Positions 1-10,036 of a stretch of 64,000 nt of DNA are shown here, piece by piece (within the stretch, counting starts at the first letter, position 1; each line of letters opens with the position of its first letter). The notes under the pieces are model-generated. The model had not been told where the DNA came from and did no database searches. It saw nothing but the letters and a program-made list of their open reading frames with translations. Made by a program: the position numbers and the translations under genes. Origin of the DNA: Escherichia phage vB_EcoM_011D4. The stretch lies in the sequence record MT478991.1; one strand, 5' to 3'.

Positions 1-138
1 TTTAAAGGTATGCGAGATAGTAGCAATCATAAGCTGCGACATATCAATCAAATGCACACCTTCCGGCAGTTTATCTTCTGGATCATCGAAGAAATCATTA
101 AGTGTAGCGGTAGTTTTTGTAAACGGGTTATACGTCAT
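1..138 (-). CDS. rnh: RNase H (5'-3' exonuclease), N-terminal fragment; gene continues beyond window start
   Basis: Minus-strand ATG at 138..136; translation MTYNPFTKTTATLNDFFDDPEDKLPEGVHLIDMSQLMIATISHTFK resembles the T4 RNase H N-terminus (LIDFSQ motif); lies upstream of and divergent from gene 34 as in T4. Confidence 0.55.
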   Translation of the reverse strand, partial: MTYNPFTKTTATLNDFFDDPEDKLPEGVHLIDMSQLMIATISHTFK

Positions 139-140
139 AA

Positions 141-326
141 TTAAGTTCTCTCCACTCTCACAACAACATATTCGCCAAACGAGTTAGATACTTCACGATC
201 ATACCCGTATTTCTCCATAACTCGCAGAATTGCATTGTTTAATTCGGCACGGAAATAATTATAATCCTTATCAGGGATTCTGTCAACTACCCATTTTGCA
301 CCTTCTGACAAATCAACTTTAACCAT
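141..326 (-). CDS. hypothetical protein (61 aa)
   Basis: ORF track; ATG at 326 with AGGA RBS upstream. Confidence 0.5.
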   Translation of the reverse strand: MVKVDLSEGAKWVVDRIPDKDYNYFRAELNNAILRVMEKYGYDREVSNSFGEYVVVRVERT

Positions 327-364
327 AATATATCATCCTCTTTTGTTTCTATCAAGCCTCATTT

Positions 365-372
365 TATAAATA
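365..372 (+). promoter_or_regulatory. T4-type late promoter TATAAATA
   Basis: Exact TATAAATA 29 nt upstream of the gene 34 ATG, followed by AAGGAG RBS. Confidence 0.6.
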
Positions 373-400
373 TGAACATACTATAAAAGGAGACCCAATA

Positions 401-3400
401 ATGGCAGATTTTTCTCAACATTTCAAGGCCACATTTGGCTTTGACGCTGGTAATGAAAAGGTCGTCAATGTAGCATTGGCTGATAAGAATGTCAACACCG
501 ATGCGGTCAACGTTGAATTTTTCAATTACCATAATGGTATTACTCAGTATGACACAACTCGCGGTTATGATCAATACGGAACTACAATCTATCAAAACCG
601 TCCATATTATGCAAAAGAAGATATCACAAAGCCAGCAGGTGATTTTGACCCGACTAAATGGCAAGCACTGCGCACGGACCCACGTTGGGATTATGTTGCA
701 GCAACTTCCGGTGATACTCCTTTACAGTCTGGTGATTATATCGCAGCAGATGGTCAATTTGCAAACTTGACTTTCTCTATGCCAACTAAACCAGCAGAGG
801 GAGACACTATAACAGTAAAAGATATCGGTGGCAAGTGTGGTGTTAACGAATTATCGTTCTTGAGTTCAGGACATGAGTTTTACCATAACGGTAATGTGTA
901 TAACCGAAAATGGTATTGCACTACCCCGTATGCAATGAACTATTTCATCTTTGTTCGTAATCGTTGGCATGTTTATCAGACAGGAACAGAGCCACGCGGT
1001 GTGTATGCACAGCCAGCGATTGATGCTATTCAAATGCAGAATGGTGATCAGGTATTTCGTCGTAGTTCGTTGGGTAATATTACCTTAGTGCTTCCTAAGT
1101 TTGCCAACAATGGCGACATGATCCAGACTACAGACCTTGACGGATTAACCGCAACCAACCACGTTACGGTTAAAGTTCATGAGCACGCAGAAGAACAATC
1201 AATTGGCACGTCCGGTCTAAAAGAGATTATCGGTAAGCGTAGCGGTCATGGTGTATTCATCTTTGACAAGACGGAAAACTTATGGCGTTTGTGGGATGGT
1301 GATCAGTCTGTTCGTCTTAAACCGATCATCGATGACACTCGCTTGCAACCTAATAGCTATGTTGCCGTATTTGGTGATCGTGATGTTACTCTGACGCTGC
1401 CGACCAATGTCGAGCCGGGTGATCGTATTCAAGTTTCTATGCAGTATATGCACGGAAACCAGAATTGCCGTATTATCACCGCCACAGAGGATACAAAAAT
1501 CCTTATGCAGAAAAACATGGTTCAGTTTCCTAAGCGTAGCGAGTACCCATTCAATGGGACCGATACATGGACGGGAGTATCTGAATTGTCTTTCAACGCT
1601 GCAAATGATTATGTACCTTATCTGGAGTTCTCTTATTCAGAAGGTGATGATGGTAAGAAATACTGGTTGGTGGCACATGCTCACCCGATTGTAGAACGAG
1701 TAGATCCGACTCGTAAAGATCGTGTTGGTGTAATTGCACTGGCTACCCAGGATGAAACAAACAAAAACCATGAAGATAATCCTAGCGACGAAGTTGCGGT
1801 GACTCCAAAGGTTCTGGCTAATAAAACAGCCAACGAAACTCGACGCGGTATTGCTCGCATTGCAACTCAAGCGGAAACGCATCAAGATACTGGTTCCAGC
1901 TTCCTGGATGATGTTATCGTTACGCCTAAAAAGTTAAATAATTGTGTTGCTACCGAAGCCCGTCGTGGTGTGATGGAAATTGCAACCCAGCACGAAACCA
2001 ATGAAGGTTTAGACGATACCCGCGCTATTACTCCTAAGAAATTAGAAGAACGTCGCGCTTCCGAAGATCTCGCTGGTATTGCTGAAATTGTTCAGGCTGG
2101 CGGTAGTGCTGCCGCTCGACGTGGCGAAGCTGGTACAGGGATCTATAACATCAACGACCATGCTAAAATTGTTACGCCACAAAACATCAACGAAGTCAAG
2201 GCGACCGAAACTTCCCGTGGTGTTGGCTATCTGGCAACTGACGCGGAAGTGCAAGGGGCTACAGAATCAACCCCGCAAGATGCTTTACTAATCACGACTC
2301 GCACGCTAACGAAACGTACTGCTACCGAATCGCGCACTGGTATCGCTGAAATTGCAACTCAGGAAGAAACAAACTTAGGTCAAAGTGATAACCATATCAT
2401 CACGCCTAAAAAGCTGCATACTCGCCGCGCAACGGAAACTTTACATGGTTTAGCAGAAATTGCAACTCAACCGGAGTTTGACGCAGGTCTTGACGATGCT
2501 CGCATTTCTACCCCATTGAAGATTAAAACCTTCTTTGAGAATGCACAGCGTTTGAAAGTAGATCCGACTCAGGGGCTTAACCTTACTGGTGATTTGTGGC
2601 AAGGTATCATGATTCGCGGTCTGGACGCAACCGAAGACACAAAAGGTGTCGCTAAAGTTGCTACTACTCAGCTTACGGATGCTGGTCAAGATGATACTAC
2701 AATCATCACGCCTAAAAAGCTGCAAGGCAAAAAGGCCACCGAAGGTAAAGAAGGTATTATCCGAGTTGGTACTCAAGCCGAAACCGTGGCTGGTACACTG
2801 GCTAATGTAGCAATTTCTCCGAAGAACTTCAAATATGTTGTTCAGACAGAGGATACATGGAAAGCAACCGAAGCGCGTCGTGGTTTCTTGAAAGTTGCCA
2901 CTCAGGAAAACTGTTTTGTTGGTGATAATCTGCAAGGTTCTACTCAAGAACTAGGAAACTACCAGCATGACGGAATTGCTGTTACTCCGAAAGGATTAAA
3001 CTACGCACTTGCTAATTTCTTACCTAAGATGGCAACCGCTCAGAATAGTTTGAAATTGGGTAACGTAGAGGCCGCTAAATGGGCGCGTAGAGACATTGAC
3101 CAGACCATAGAGAGCAATTACACGTTTAATAAAAACGTTAACGTGAAGGGCGATTTAGGGTGCTTAAAATCTGGTTCCTTTGAAACTCTGTCTGTGACTA
3201 AGAACTCGACCGATGGTCCGAGTAATGGTCATCTGGTGTTGGGTGAGCGTGGAGTTGACGGTCACACCGGAATTACTCTGCATGGCACAACCGCATCGGA
3301 AGGCATGAAAAACTCGTGGTCTATTATCGTTGGTGGTACTGGAACAGCGCAAGTTGTTGATAGTGATGCTATCGCTTTCGGTAAAATCAATGATGGTGGA

Positions 3401-4141
3401 GTCGTCGAGCATTACGCCTTTGCTATGGAACACAATGGCGACGCGACAGCATATAGAGACTTTATTGCAGGTCGTAACCTGTATGCGAAACAAGGCGGTT
3501 TATACATTGTTGATCAGTCTAATCCGGCAATGACTCGTTCCCCAGATGGTATGCTGAATATCGGTCACGGTGGAAGTGTTAACATCAAGGCAGGTTATCA
3601 AACGTTAACTACAGAGATCGCCGGACAGAAATATCAGATCGTACACGCAGGAAACGCTGACGAAGTTCTTAACCGTCAGTTTGTTAAGAATGCTGGCGAT
3701 ACAATGGTCGGTAAGCTGACTATGGATAATGCGCCTATTGTTTCTGTTAAGCATGAAGCTAGCGCGGCAACCGCTCCAGCAATCGGTAACATCGGTTTCT
3801 GGAATATGCGAGTTACTACCCAGAACATCAAAGAAACTTATCCAGAGAAGAAAAACGGTACTCTGATGCAATGGGGTACTGACGCGGACGGGCTTACCCA
3901 GCTTTGGTCCCCTGATGGTACTCATAAACATTATATCCGTTCCGGTACTGGTGGTCAATGGACTGCATGGGGTGAAATTTACACCAAACAGAATAAGCCT
4001 ACCGCTCAGGAAATCGGGGCAGTAGTTGCAGAAGGTGGTTTAATGAACTCTATGACGGTTCGTGATTGGATCAAAGTTGGTAATGTTAAAATCATCGCCA
4101 ATAATCTGACTCGTACCGTAGACTTTATCTGGGAAGACTAA
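401..4141 (+). CDS. 34: long tail fibre proximal subunit gp34 (1246 aa)
   Basis: Size and motifs match T4 gp34 (VTPKxL...ETRRGIARIATQ repeats, ARISTPLKIKT, conserved C-terminus); first gene of 34-35-36-37 module. Confidence 0.93.
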   Translation: MADFSQHFKATFGFDAGNEKVVNVALADKNVNTDAVNVEFFNYHNGITQYDTTRGYDQYGTTIYQNRPYYAKEDITKPAGDFDPTKWQALRTDPRWDYVAATSGDTPLQSGDYIAADGQFANLTFSMPTKPAEGDTITVKDIGGKCGVNELSFLSSGHEFYHNGNVYNRKWYCTTPYAMNYFIFVRNRWHVYQTGTEPRGVYAQPAIDAIQMQNGDQVFRRSSLGNITLVLPKFANNGDMIQTTDLDGLTATNHVTVKVHEHAEEQSIGTSGLKEIIGKRSGHGVFIFDKTENLWRLWDGDQSVRLKPIIDDTRLQPNSYVAVFGDRDVTLTLPTNVEPGDRIQVSMQYMHGNQNCRIITATEDTKILMQKNMVQFPKRSEYPFNGTDTWTGVSELSFNAANDYVPYLEFSYSEGDDGKKYWLVAHAHPIVERVDPTRKDRVGVIALATQDETNKNHEDNPSDEVAVTPKVLANKTANETRRGIARIATQAETHQDTGSSFLDDVIVTPKKLNNCVATEARRGVMEIATQHETNEGLDDTRAITPKKLEERRASEDLAGIAEIVQAGGSAAARRGEAGTGIYNINDHAKIVTPQNINEVKATETSRGVGYLATDAEVQGATESTPQDALLITTRTLTKRTATESRTGIAEIATQEETNLGQSDNHIITPKKLHTRRATETLHGLAEIATQPEFDAGLDDARISTPLKIKTFFENAQRLKVDPTQGLNLTGDLWQGIMIRGLDATEDTKGVAKVATTQLTDAGQDDTTIITPKKLQGKKATEGKEGIIRVGTQAETVAGTLANVAISPKNFKYVVQTEDTWKATEARRGFLKVATQENCFVGDNLQGSTQELGNYQHDGIAVTPKGLNYALANFLPKMATAQNSLKLGNVEAAKWARRDIDQTIESNYTFNKNVNVKGDLGCLKSGSFETLSVTKNSTDGPSNGHLVLGERGVDGHTGITLHGTTASEGMKNSWSIIVGGTGTAQVVDSDAIAFGKINDGGVVEHYAFAMEHNGDATAYRDFIAGRNLYAKQGGLYIVDQSNPAMTRSPDGMLNIGHGGSVNIKAGYQTLTTEIAGQKYQIVHAGNADEVLNRQFVKNAGDTMVGKLTMDNAPIVSVKHEASAATAPAIGNIGFWNMRVTTQNIKETYPEKKNGTLMQWGTDADGLTQLWSPDGTHKHYIRSGTGGQWTAWGEIYTKQNKPTAQEIGAVVAEGGLMNSMTVRDWIKVGNVKIIANNLTRTVDFIWED
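1736..2830 (+). repeat. in-frame tandem ~40-aa repeats inside gp34 ([I/V]TPKKL...RRATE..G[I/V]AEIATQ.ET..G.DD, about 8-9 copies)
   Basis: Repeated peptide motif read in the gp34 translation; approximate nucleotide span. Confidence 0.6.
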
Positions 4142-4146
4142 TTAAA

Positions 4147-4162
4147 GGGGGCGAAAGCCCCC
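4147..4162 (+). promoter_or_regulatory. GC stem-loop (GGGGGC-gaaa-GCCCCC) between gene 34 and 35, no T-run
   Basis: Perfect 6-bp inverted repeat immediately after the gp34 stop; not followed by a U-tract, so not a classical terminator. Confidence 0.4.
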
Positions 4163-4174
4163 TATGGGGTTATT

Positions 4175-5314
4175 ATGACACAAGATATAGAATTACGCAA
4201 CACTGGAATTAGGTTTGCGCATTTCGACGAAGACTCTGCGACATTTACCAGCATTTCAGAAAATAACTCTGTGATGTATAAGCTGGAAGTGCGCGGATCT
4301 AATGCGGATTCTACCAAACCAGCAAGAATTAGATTTAATGGAGTGGAGATCGTTGGCACTGGCTATGAAAATGGCCTAAATTTTAAAGTTCTTACTCCAA
4401 CTGGACAACTACACGAAGAAAAGGTATTCTATGGTCGCGGTGCTGTTTTGGCAATGCGTGATTATCTTTCTTTGCTGAAAGGTGATTATATCATTGCGAT
4501 GGCAACTCATGGAGAATTGTTTGCAGATCCGATAAGTGATGTTGTATTTTCTAAGCTGGGATCGGTATCATTCCCGAATCACATTTTGTTACAGCAAATG
4601 CCTCGTGTATCATATGCAGCAATTTATTCTACGAAAATGGGTAAAATTGTTTGTGAGGGTATGCAAGCGACCCACGGGGAAGGACAAGATTCATCTATAC
4701 AAATTGAGAAAGTCTATGATACTATAGATGATCTTGCTATAACAGGAACACCACAACGATTTTTAGATTATCCGGTTGAGTATGTTAGCGAAGATGCCGA
4801 ACATTTCGAGCTAATACAATGGCCTCACGATGAGATCAGCGCACCACTTGAAGATTTTAACATAAAGGCAGGTGACAAACTATCAATATCCTTTGAATTG
4901 TTCCGTGATAGTGCCGCAGCCGCAGCCAACGTAACAGCGCGTTTCTATCACAACTACTTCACCGATGGACAATATAAAACTGGTGTTCGATACAATGCCA
5001 GCAAAAAAGACCAATGGGAAAAGTTTGAAGCAGTCTATACAGTACCGGAAGGTGTCGATGGTGTAGTAACTGGTTGTATCAGATATCCAACCAACTCAAA
5101 TGAAGGTATTGTTAAAATTAGAAACATACTAATAACGCCGATCAGTGGAGTCGTTAAAACTACTGGTCCTACTTCATTTGGTGTTAATGGTGTTAGAACA
5201 ACTCATATTCAGGATAACGGTGATTTTACTAACCCTGTAATGAGTCTTCTTAAACTACCCAGAGATAATAAACACATCACATCCAACAACTTTAAAGAGT
5301 TCGATGTTGATTAA
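4175..5314 (+). CDS. 35: tail fibre hinge connector gp35 (379 aa)
   Basis: Position between 34 and 36; size close to T4 gp35 (372 aa). Confidence 0.75.
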   Translation: MTQDIELRNTGIRFAHFDEDSATFTSISENNSVMYKLEVRGSNADSTKPARIRFNGVEIVGTGYENGLNFKVLTPTGQLHEEKVFYGRGAVLAMRDYLSLLKGDYIIAMATHGELFADPISDVVFSKLGSVSFPNHILLQQMPRVSYAAIYSTKMGKIVCEGMQATHGEGQDSSIQIEKVYDTIDDLAITGTPQRFLDYPVEYVSEDAEHFELIQWPHDEISAPLEDFNIKAGDKLSISFELFRDSAAAAANVTARFYHNYFTDGQYKTGVRYNASKKDQWEKFEAVYTVPEGVDGVVTGCIRYPTNSNEGIVKIRNILITPISGVVKTTGPTSFGVNGVRTTHIQDNGDFTNPVMSLLKLPRDNKHITSNNFKEFDVD

Positions 5315-5324
5315 CATTTTTTAC

Positions 5325-5355
5325 AAGCCGATCCATGTGGTCGGCTTTATTTTTA
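5325..5355 (+). terminator. rho-independent terminator (AAGCCGA-loop-TCGGCTT + T-run)
   Basis: 7-bp stem followed by TTTATTTTTAT directly after the gp35 stop. Confidence 0.7.
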
Positions 5356-5475
5356 TACAGTTGGTTAAAATGTAACCAAAACGAAGAAAGATCTTTAGAA
5401 TAATAGAAAATTTGTTTCGGTTAAAAAATAGTCAGTGCCTACGGCACGTCGCGAAGCGATATTTTGTTAACATTC

Positions 5476-5483
5476 TATAAATA
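5476..5483 (+). promoter_or_regulatory. T4-type late promoter TATAAATA
   Basis: Exact TATAAATA 34 nt upstream of the gene 36 ATG. Confidence 0.6.
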
Positions 5484-5516
5484 ATCGGAACTATAACTAA
5501 TTTTTGAGGTTACTTT

Positions 5517-7007
5517 ATGGCAGATTTGAAATATGGATCTACTGTAGGTGGATCTCCCATTTGGACGCAAGGAAACTTGACGATCCAGCCAGCGGGGGAT
5601 CAGCTTTTCTACAAAGGTCATAAAATCTATACCGCTTTTGATAGACCTTCGGCTACCGATTTTGATGCTGTTAGTGCATCCGAAGGTGGCACATTTCAAA
5701 AGCAAGTTCATTTCGAGGAAGGTTTAAGCGTAGGTAGCGCATCGGCTGGAGAAACCAAAAAGAATGGTATCTTTAAAGGCCAGAGTGATGCCGCTAATTT
5801 TGACGGCGTAAGCTGGGGTTTGCATTCATGGAAGTCAATCGGCTTTGTTAATGCCCGTGATGGCGTTATTATGGCGTATATTGACACCACAACGGGCGAA
5901 TTTAAGTCTAAAGGGACTATCGAAGGGACAACCATTAAAGACACAGGTCAACGCGTCTATAGCCCTGTTAATAAACCAACGAATAATGATTTAGATTTGG
6001 TGTCTCGTCGCGGTGATACTCTCACAGGAACATATAATTTAAACACTGTCACTGTTAAACTATCGGTTGATTCGAAATTAATTGCAAGGGAACGTGATTT
6101 AATTAATTTTGATGCGACTAAGATCTATTATGGTAACGTTCTTGATACGTTGGTATTCCGAAGTAAAGATGAGCCTACCATTTTTGTTAATGGCAGAGAA
6201 GGTCGTTTTTATCACACCAACAATAAACCAACTAAAGCCGATGTTGGGCTAGGCAATGTCACCAATGATGCACAGGTTAAACGTGCTGGTGATATTATGG
6301 AAGGTAACTTGCAAGCGCCTAGAATGTTGGCGACAAACGATCCTGCTGGTCCTAATGAATTGGTTCGTTTGAGCTACTTTGAGAGAAAATCAATGGTAGC
6401 AAATCCAACCATCATTGGAAACGTTGATTGGAACACTCTTATTAATCGCGGTATCTATCGTGTGGAAAATGCTGGGTCGGGTACTAATAAACCGTCTGAT
6501 AGTTATTATAACGGCGTTTTGATGGTATATCGCCCAGAAGATGCGGTCGGTACTCGTCGAATTGTTCAGGTGTATTATCCTGAATCTATTGATCATCCGA
6601 TGTGCTGGCGTTCGTGTTCTAATGAATCATGGACTGCATGGAACTATGTAGATCACCGTAAATTAGCCGATATTCGCTATGTTAACGTAACTGGCGATAC
6701 CATGACAGGACCGTTAACTGTTCCGGCTGCAAACGGTGTTAGAACAGCTAAAACTAACTATAACGGGGATAACTGTTATGCGGCGTTAAGCGGTGCTGAT
6801 GGTACTGCTATGATTCACCGTATTAGTGATATTAAAGGGACCGAAAAGCTGGGGATCACCCACGACTCAAAGGTCGTGTTTTTCCGTTCTAGAAACAATA
6901 CTCAAACCGTGGACCGCTATCAGCTTTATCATGAAGGCAATAAACCTACTCCGGCTGATGTTGGCGCAGTTCCACTTAATGCGGTGATTGATTTTGGTAC
7001 TTTCTAA
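5517..7007 (+). CDS. 36: long tail fibre distal connector gp36 (496 aa)
   Basis: N-terminus MADLKYGSTVGGSPIWTQGN matches T4 gp36 (MADLKVGSTTGGSVIWHQGN); longer than T4 gp36. Confidence 0.85.
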   Translation: MADLKYGSTVGGSPIWTQGNLTIQPAGDQLFYKGHKIYTAFDRPSATDFDAVSASEGGTFQKQVHFEEGLSVGSASAGETKKNGIFKGQSDAANFDGVSWGLHSWKSIGFVNARDGVIMAYIDTTTGEFKSKGTIEGTTIKDTGQRVYSPVNKPTNNDLDLVSRRGDTLTGTYNLNTVTVKLSVDSKLIARERDLINFDATKIYYGNVLDTLVFRSKDEPTIFVNGREGRFYHTNNKPTKADVGLGNVTNDAQVKRAGDIMEGNLQAPRMLATNDPAGPNELVRLSYFERKSMVANPTIIGNVDWNTLINRGIYRVENAGSGTNKPSDSYYNGVLMVYRPEDAVGTRRIVQVYYPESIDHPMCWRSCSNESWTAWNYVDHRKLADIRYVNVTGDTMTGPLTVPAANGVRTAKTNYNGDNCYAALSGADGTAMIHRISDIKGTEKLGITHDSKVVFFRSRNNTQTVDRYQLYHEGNKPTPADVGAVPLNAVIDFGTF

Positions 7008-7011
7008 TTTT

Positions 7012-7037
7012 AGCGGGGAGACAATCCCCGCTTTTCT
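7012..7037 (+). terminator. rho-independent terminator (AGCGGGGA-gacaa-TCCCCGCT + T-run)
   Basis: 8-bp stem then TTTTCT directly after the gp36 stop. Confidence 0.65.
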
Positions 7038-7043
7038 AAATAA
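7036..7043 (+). promoter_or_regulatory. possible variant late promoter CTAAATAA
   Basis: One mismatch to TATAAATA; 35 nt upstream of the gene 37 ATG, same spacing as the two exact late promoters. Confidence 0.3.
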
Positions 7044-7077
7044 TATTATTCTAATAACCGTTTAAGGATTTTATAAA

Positions 7078-9996
7078 ATGGCAGATTTAAGCAGAATCCA
7101 ATTTAAACGTACTAGCACTAAAGGCCGTCGACCTGATGCTGGTACGATGAATCCGGGGGAATTGGCAATCAACCTTGCGGATCAATATCTTCTTACTAAA
7201 AATGATTCCGGTGCTATTATCAATTTAAGTTGTCCTCCGGTTTATGACCGCGATGTTACAATGGCAGGTAAGGTTAAAGGTAATAATTATATCTTAAGTA
7301 AAACCGCTAACTATTTGGAAGACCAGACAGCGCGAGATCTTAACTACTTTGGTGCTTTCCGTACCAATGGTCTTGATGGTCTTCTCGAACTCACGCTAAA
7401 CGTTCCTCATTCTTCTGGTGTTCAGCATGGTCGAGGATTTACTTTCCAGTATGGACACACTGGATCGCGTGTAGAAACTTATGGCTATAATAAAGAAGGT
7501 CAAAAAGCATTTAGCTATAAAATGTATCATGAAGGTGATAAACCAACTCCAGGAGAATTGAACGTTTATAGCAAACAAGAAGTTGACCGTATGTTTGTTA
7601 AGAACGTTAAACTTTCTACAGGTTCTGGTGATATCGTTGAAGGCTATTTTAAATTAGCAACTGCAATGATTCCACAAAACGGTCTTAGCGTATTTTTCCG
7701 TATTCATGGTGGTAACGGATATAACGTTACTGCATACGACCAAGTTGATATTGTAGAAATTGTTATTCGCAGTGGAAATGGTCGCCCTAAAGGTGTTAAC
7801 GTTATTGCATATCGCCGAAATACAAACAAATCATTTGATGTTTTGGCTGTTAATACTTCTGGTGATAACTATGATATCTATGTGAAATATCAGCGTTACA
7901 CTGATAACGTTATTGTTGAATTTGGTAAAAGTGTTGGTGTTAATCTGGTAGTTCATGACGTTCCAGATTTTGTTGCTGAACGTCCTGCTGGCGATAATGT
8001 TATTGGCGGTCGTGCTGTAACTCTTTTTAACACAGAAAATAAGCGTGGTGTGTTGAGTTTTGACGATAACACACAAAACAGCTATGATATTGTTCATATG
8101 AGTAATGATAAAGGTACTGGTCGGAAATATATTCGTAAATTCCGTAGTAACTATAATGAAATGATCTGGCACGAGACGGTTCAAGGTAATACATATCGAT
8201 TGGCAACCGGAACGACTGATGCATCGGAAGTTTTTAGAATTACTAGCCGCACCATGTTTACTGGTAAAGGTGTATTTGATGCCGGACAAAACGTTCTTAG
8301 ATTAGAGCGTCCTAGTAACCAATCAAACTATATTGAATGGCAAGATCGCCGAAATGGTGCTGATGTTCGTCAAGGTTGGATCGGTTTTGGTGGTGCTGAA
8401 ACAAATGACTTCCAATGGTATAGCGATCACGCAAAAAACTCATTCATGTTGGATGCTAACGGTCAATGCTCTATTATTACTGGTGCGACCAAAATTGTAT
8501 ATACCAACGGACAATATTATTCCGCTAACTCTGATGCATATCGTATGATCTATGGCAATTATGGTGCATTCTGGCGTAATGACGGGACTAAAGTTTATCT
8601 TCTGTCTACGGCTGAAAATGACCGTTTTGGTGGCTGGAACGGAAACCGACCATTCATTTACGATCTTACTTCCGGTAACGTTCAATTAGGCGGTGATGGT
8701 AACGAAGATGCATTAACGTTAGAATGTGCTTCTCGTGCCGCTCGCTTTAGTAATGACGTTTACATTAAGAAAGGGCTTTTGACTTTCGACGCTGGGCGCG
8801 CTGGATCTCGCGATTATATTCGATTTAATCATTGGGGTGATAGTAATAATGCCCGTGATAACGTTTTGTACATAGAAGATAGTCAAGGCCGACATTTTAG
8901 CACAGAACGTGCGATGGGTACTGGTGCTCTTAAAGCATACTTCTTAGGCGATCTTGAAGTCGGTGGTAAGTTTACTTGGGGTAAAAATACAGCTACATCT
9001 AGCTTTAATATTCGTGCATGGGGTAATGATTCCCGTAAACAAGTATTAGAATGCGCGGATGAAAGTGGTTGGCATTGGTATACCCAACGTCCAGGCGGTC
9101 CGGGAACAAATGAGATTATATTCAATGTTAACGGGAAAGTTCAATCTCAGGGTTTTGAGACTTCCGGTAATATTAAGATAACTGGACCAGACATTGAGTT
9201 TCGTCGCACTGGCAATAAGCACATCTGGTTTAGAGATCCTGACGGCTTAGAATTGGGTTTGATTTATTGTGACGACAACGGCGTTATTCGTTTCCGTGGT
9301 CAAAAACAAACTCAAGATTGGATATTTGGCAATAAGACGATCCAATTAGGAACTAGTGCTACTGTTAGTGGATCTGGTAACGGTTTGATTCGCGGACAAG
9401 TTCAAGGTGGTGCTTGGACACAATGGAGAGATCGTGCTGCTGGCTTATTGGTTGATTGTCAGAATACCGAAAACTCTGCACATAACGTGTGGAAAGCGAC
9501 ACATTGGGGCAAATTCCACATTGCAGCTATGGGTATTCACGTTTCAGGTGGAAATATAGCAAACGCATTGGCGCGTCTACATGTTAATGATGCAACTTTT
9601 GACCATAGTGCGAGCGGTGACTTCCAGGCAAGCCGTAATGGTAGCTTTAACGATGTTTATATTCGTTCTGATGCTCGCCTTAAAATCAATAAGGAAGAGT
9701 ATAAGGAGAATGCCACCGATAAAGTTAATCGCTTGACTGTGTACACCTACGATAAGGTTAAGTCTTTGACGGACCGCACTGTTATCGCTCATGAAGTTGG
9801 TATTATTGCTCAGGATCTTGAAAAAGAATTGCCGGAAGCAGTAACAACTTCTAAGATCGGCGATCCTGATAAGCCAGAAGAGATCTTAACAATTTCTAAC
9901 TCTGCTGTCAACGCTCTTTTAATTAAGGCGTTTCAGGAAATGAGCGAAGAACTTAAAGCCGTTAAAGCTGAACTAGCGGAACTTAAAAAGAATTAA
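7078..9996 (+). CDS. 37: long tail fibre distal subunit gp37 with C-terminal intramolecular chaperone (S74-type) domain (972 aa)
   Basis: N-terminus ...IQFKRTSTKGRRPDAG..GELAINL matches T4 gp37; C-terminal ~109 aa carries the SDARLK autoproteolysis motif (Ser864, nt 9667-9669) and a coiled-coil tail. Confidence 0.9.
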   Translation: MADLSRIQFKRTSTKGRRPDAGTMNPGELAINLADQYLLTKNDSGAIINLSCPPVYDRDVTMAGKVKGNNYILSKTANYLEDQTARDLNYFGAFRTNGLDGLLELTLNVPHSSGVQHGRGFTFQYGHTGSRVETYGYNKEGQKAFSYKMYHEGDKPTPGELNVYSKQEVDRMFVKNVKLSTGSGDIVEGYFKLATAMIPQNGLSVFFRIHGGNGYNVTAYDQVDIVEIVIRSGNGRPKGVNVIAYRRNTNKSFDVLAVNTSGDNYDIYVKYQRYTDNVIVEFGKSVGVNLVVHDVPDFVAERPAGDNVIGGRAVTLFNTENKRGVLSFDDNTQNSYDIVHMSNDKGTGRKYIRKFRSNYNEMIWHETVQGNTYRLATGTTDASEVFRITSRTMFTGKGVFDAGQNVLRLERPSNQSNYIEWQDRRNGADVRQGWIGFGGAETNDFQWYSDHAKNSFMLDANGQCSIITGATKIVYTNGQYYSANSDAYRMIYGNYGAFWRNDGTKVYLLSTAENDRFGGWNGNRPFIYDLTSGNVQLGGDGNEDALTLECASRAARFSNDVYIKKGLLTFDAGRAGSRDYIRFNHWGDSNNARDNVLYIEDSQGRHFSTERAMGTGALKAYFLGDLEVGGKFTWGKNTATSSFNIRAWGNDSRKQVLECADESGWHWYTQRPGGPGTNEIIFNVNGKVQSQGFETSGNIKITGPDIEFRRTGNKHIWFRDPDGLELGLIYCDDNGVIRFRGQKQTQDWIFGNKTIQLGTSATVSGSGNGLIRGQVQGGAWTQWRDRAAGLLVDCQNTENSAHNVWKATHWGKFHIAAMGIHVSGGNIANALARLHVNDATFDHSASGDFQASRNGSFNDVYIRSDARLKINKEEYKENATDKVNRLTVYTYDKVKSLTDRTVIAHEVGIIAQDLEKELPEAVTTSKIGDPDKPEEILTISNSAVNALLIKAFQEMSEELKAVKAELAELKKN

Positions 9997-10036
9997 GGAA
10001 ACTCCCAGGGAAGGGAACTACTAAGGAGAAACGGCT

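Noticed and set aside
359-9792. Minus-strand and alternative-frame ORFs (60-165 aa) lying inside the tail-fibre genes 34-37, e.g. 359..664, 2450..2947, 3164..3493, 7831..8289, 8883..9125.
   Set aside because: They are fully embedded in long, homology-supported plus-strand genes and lack RBS/start context; treated as frame shadows.
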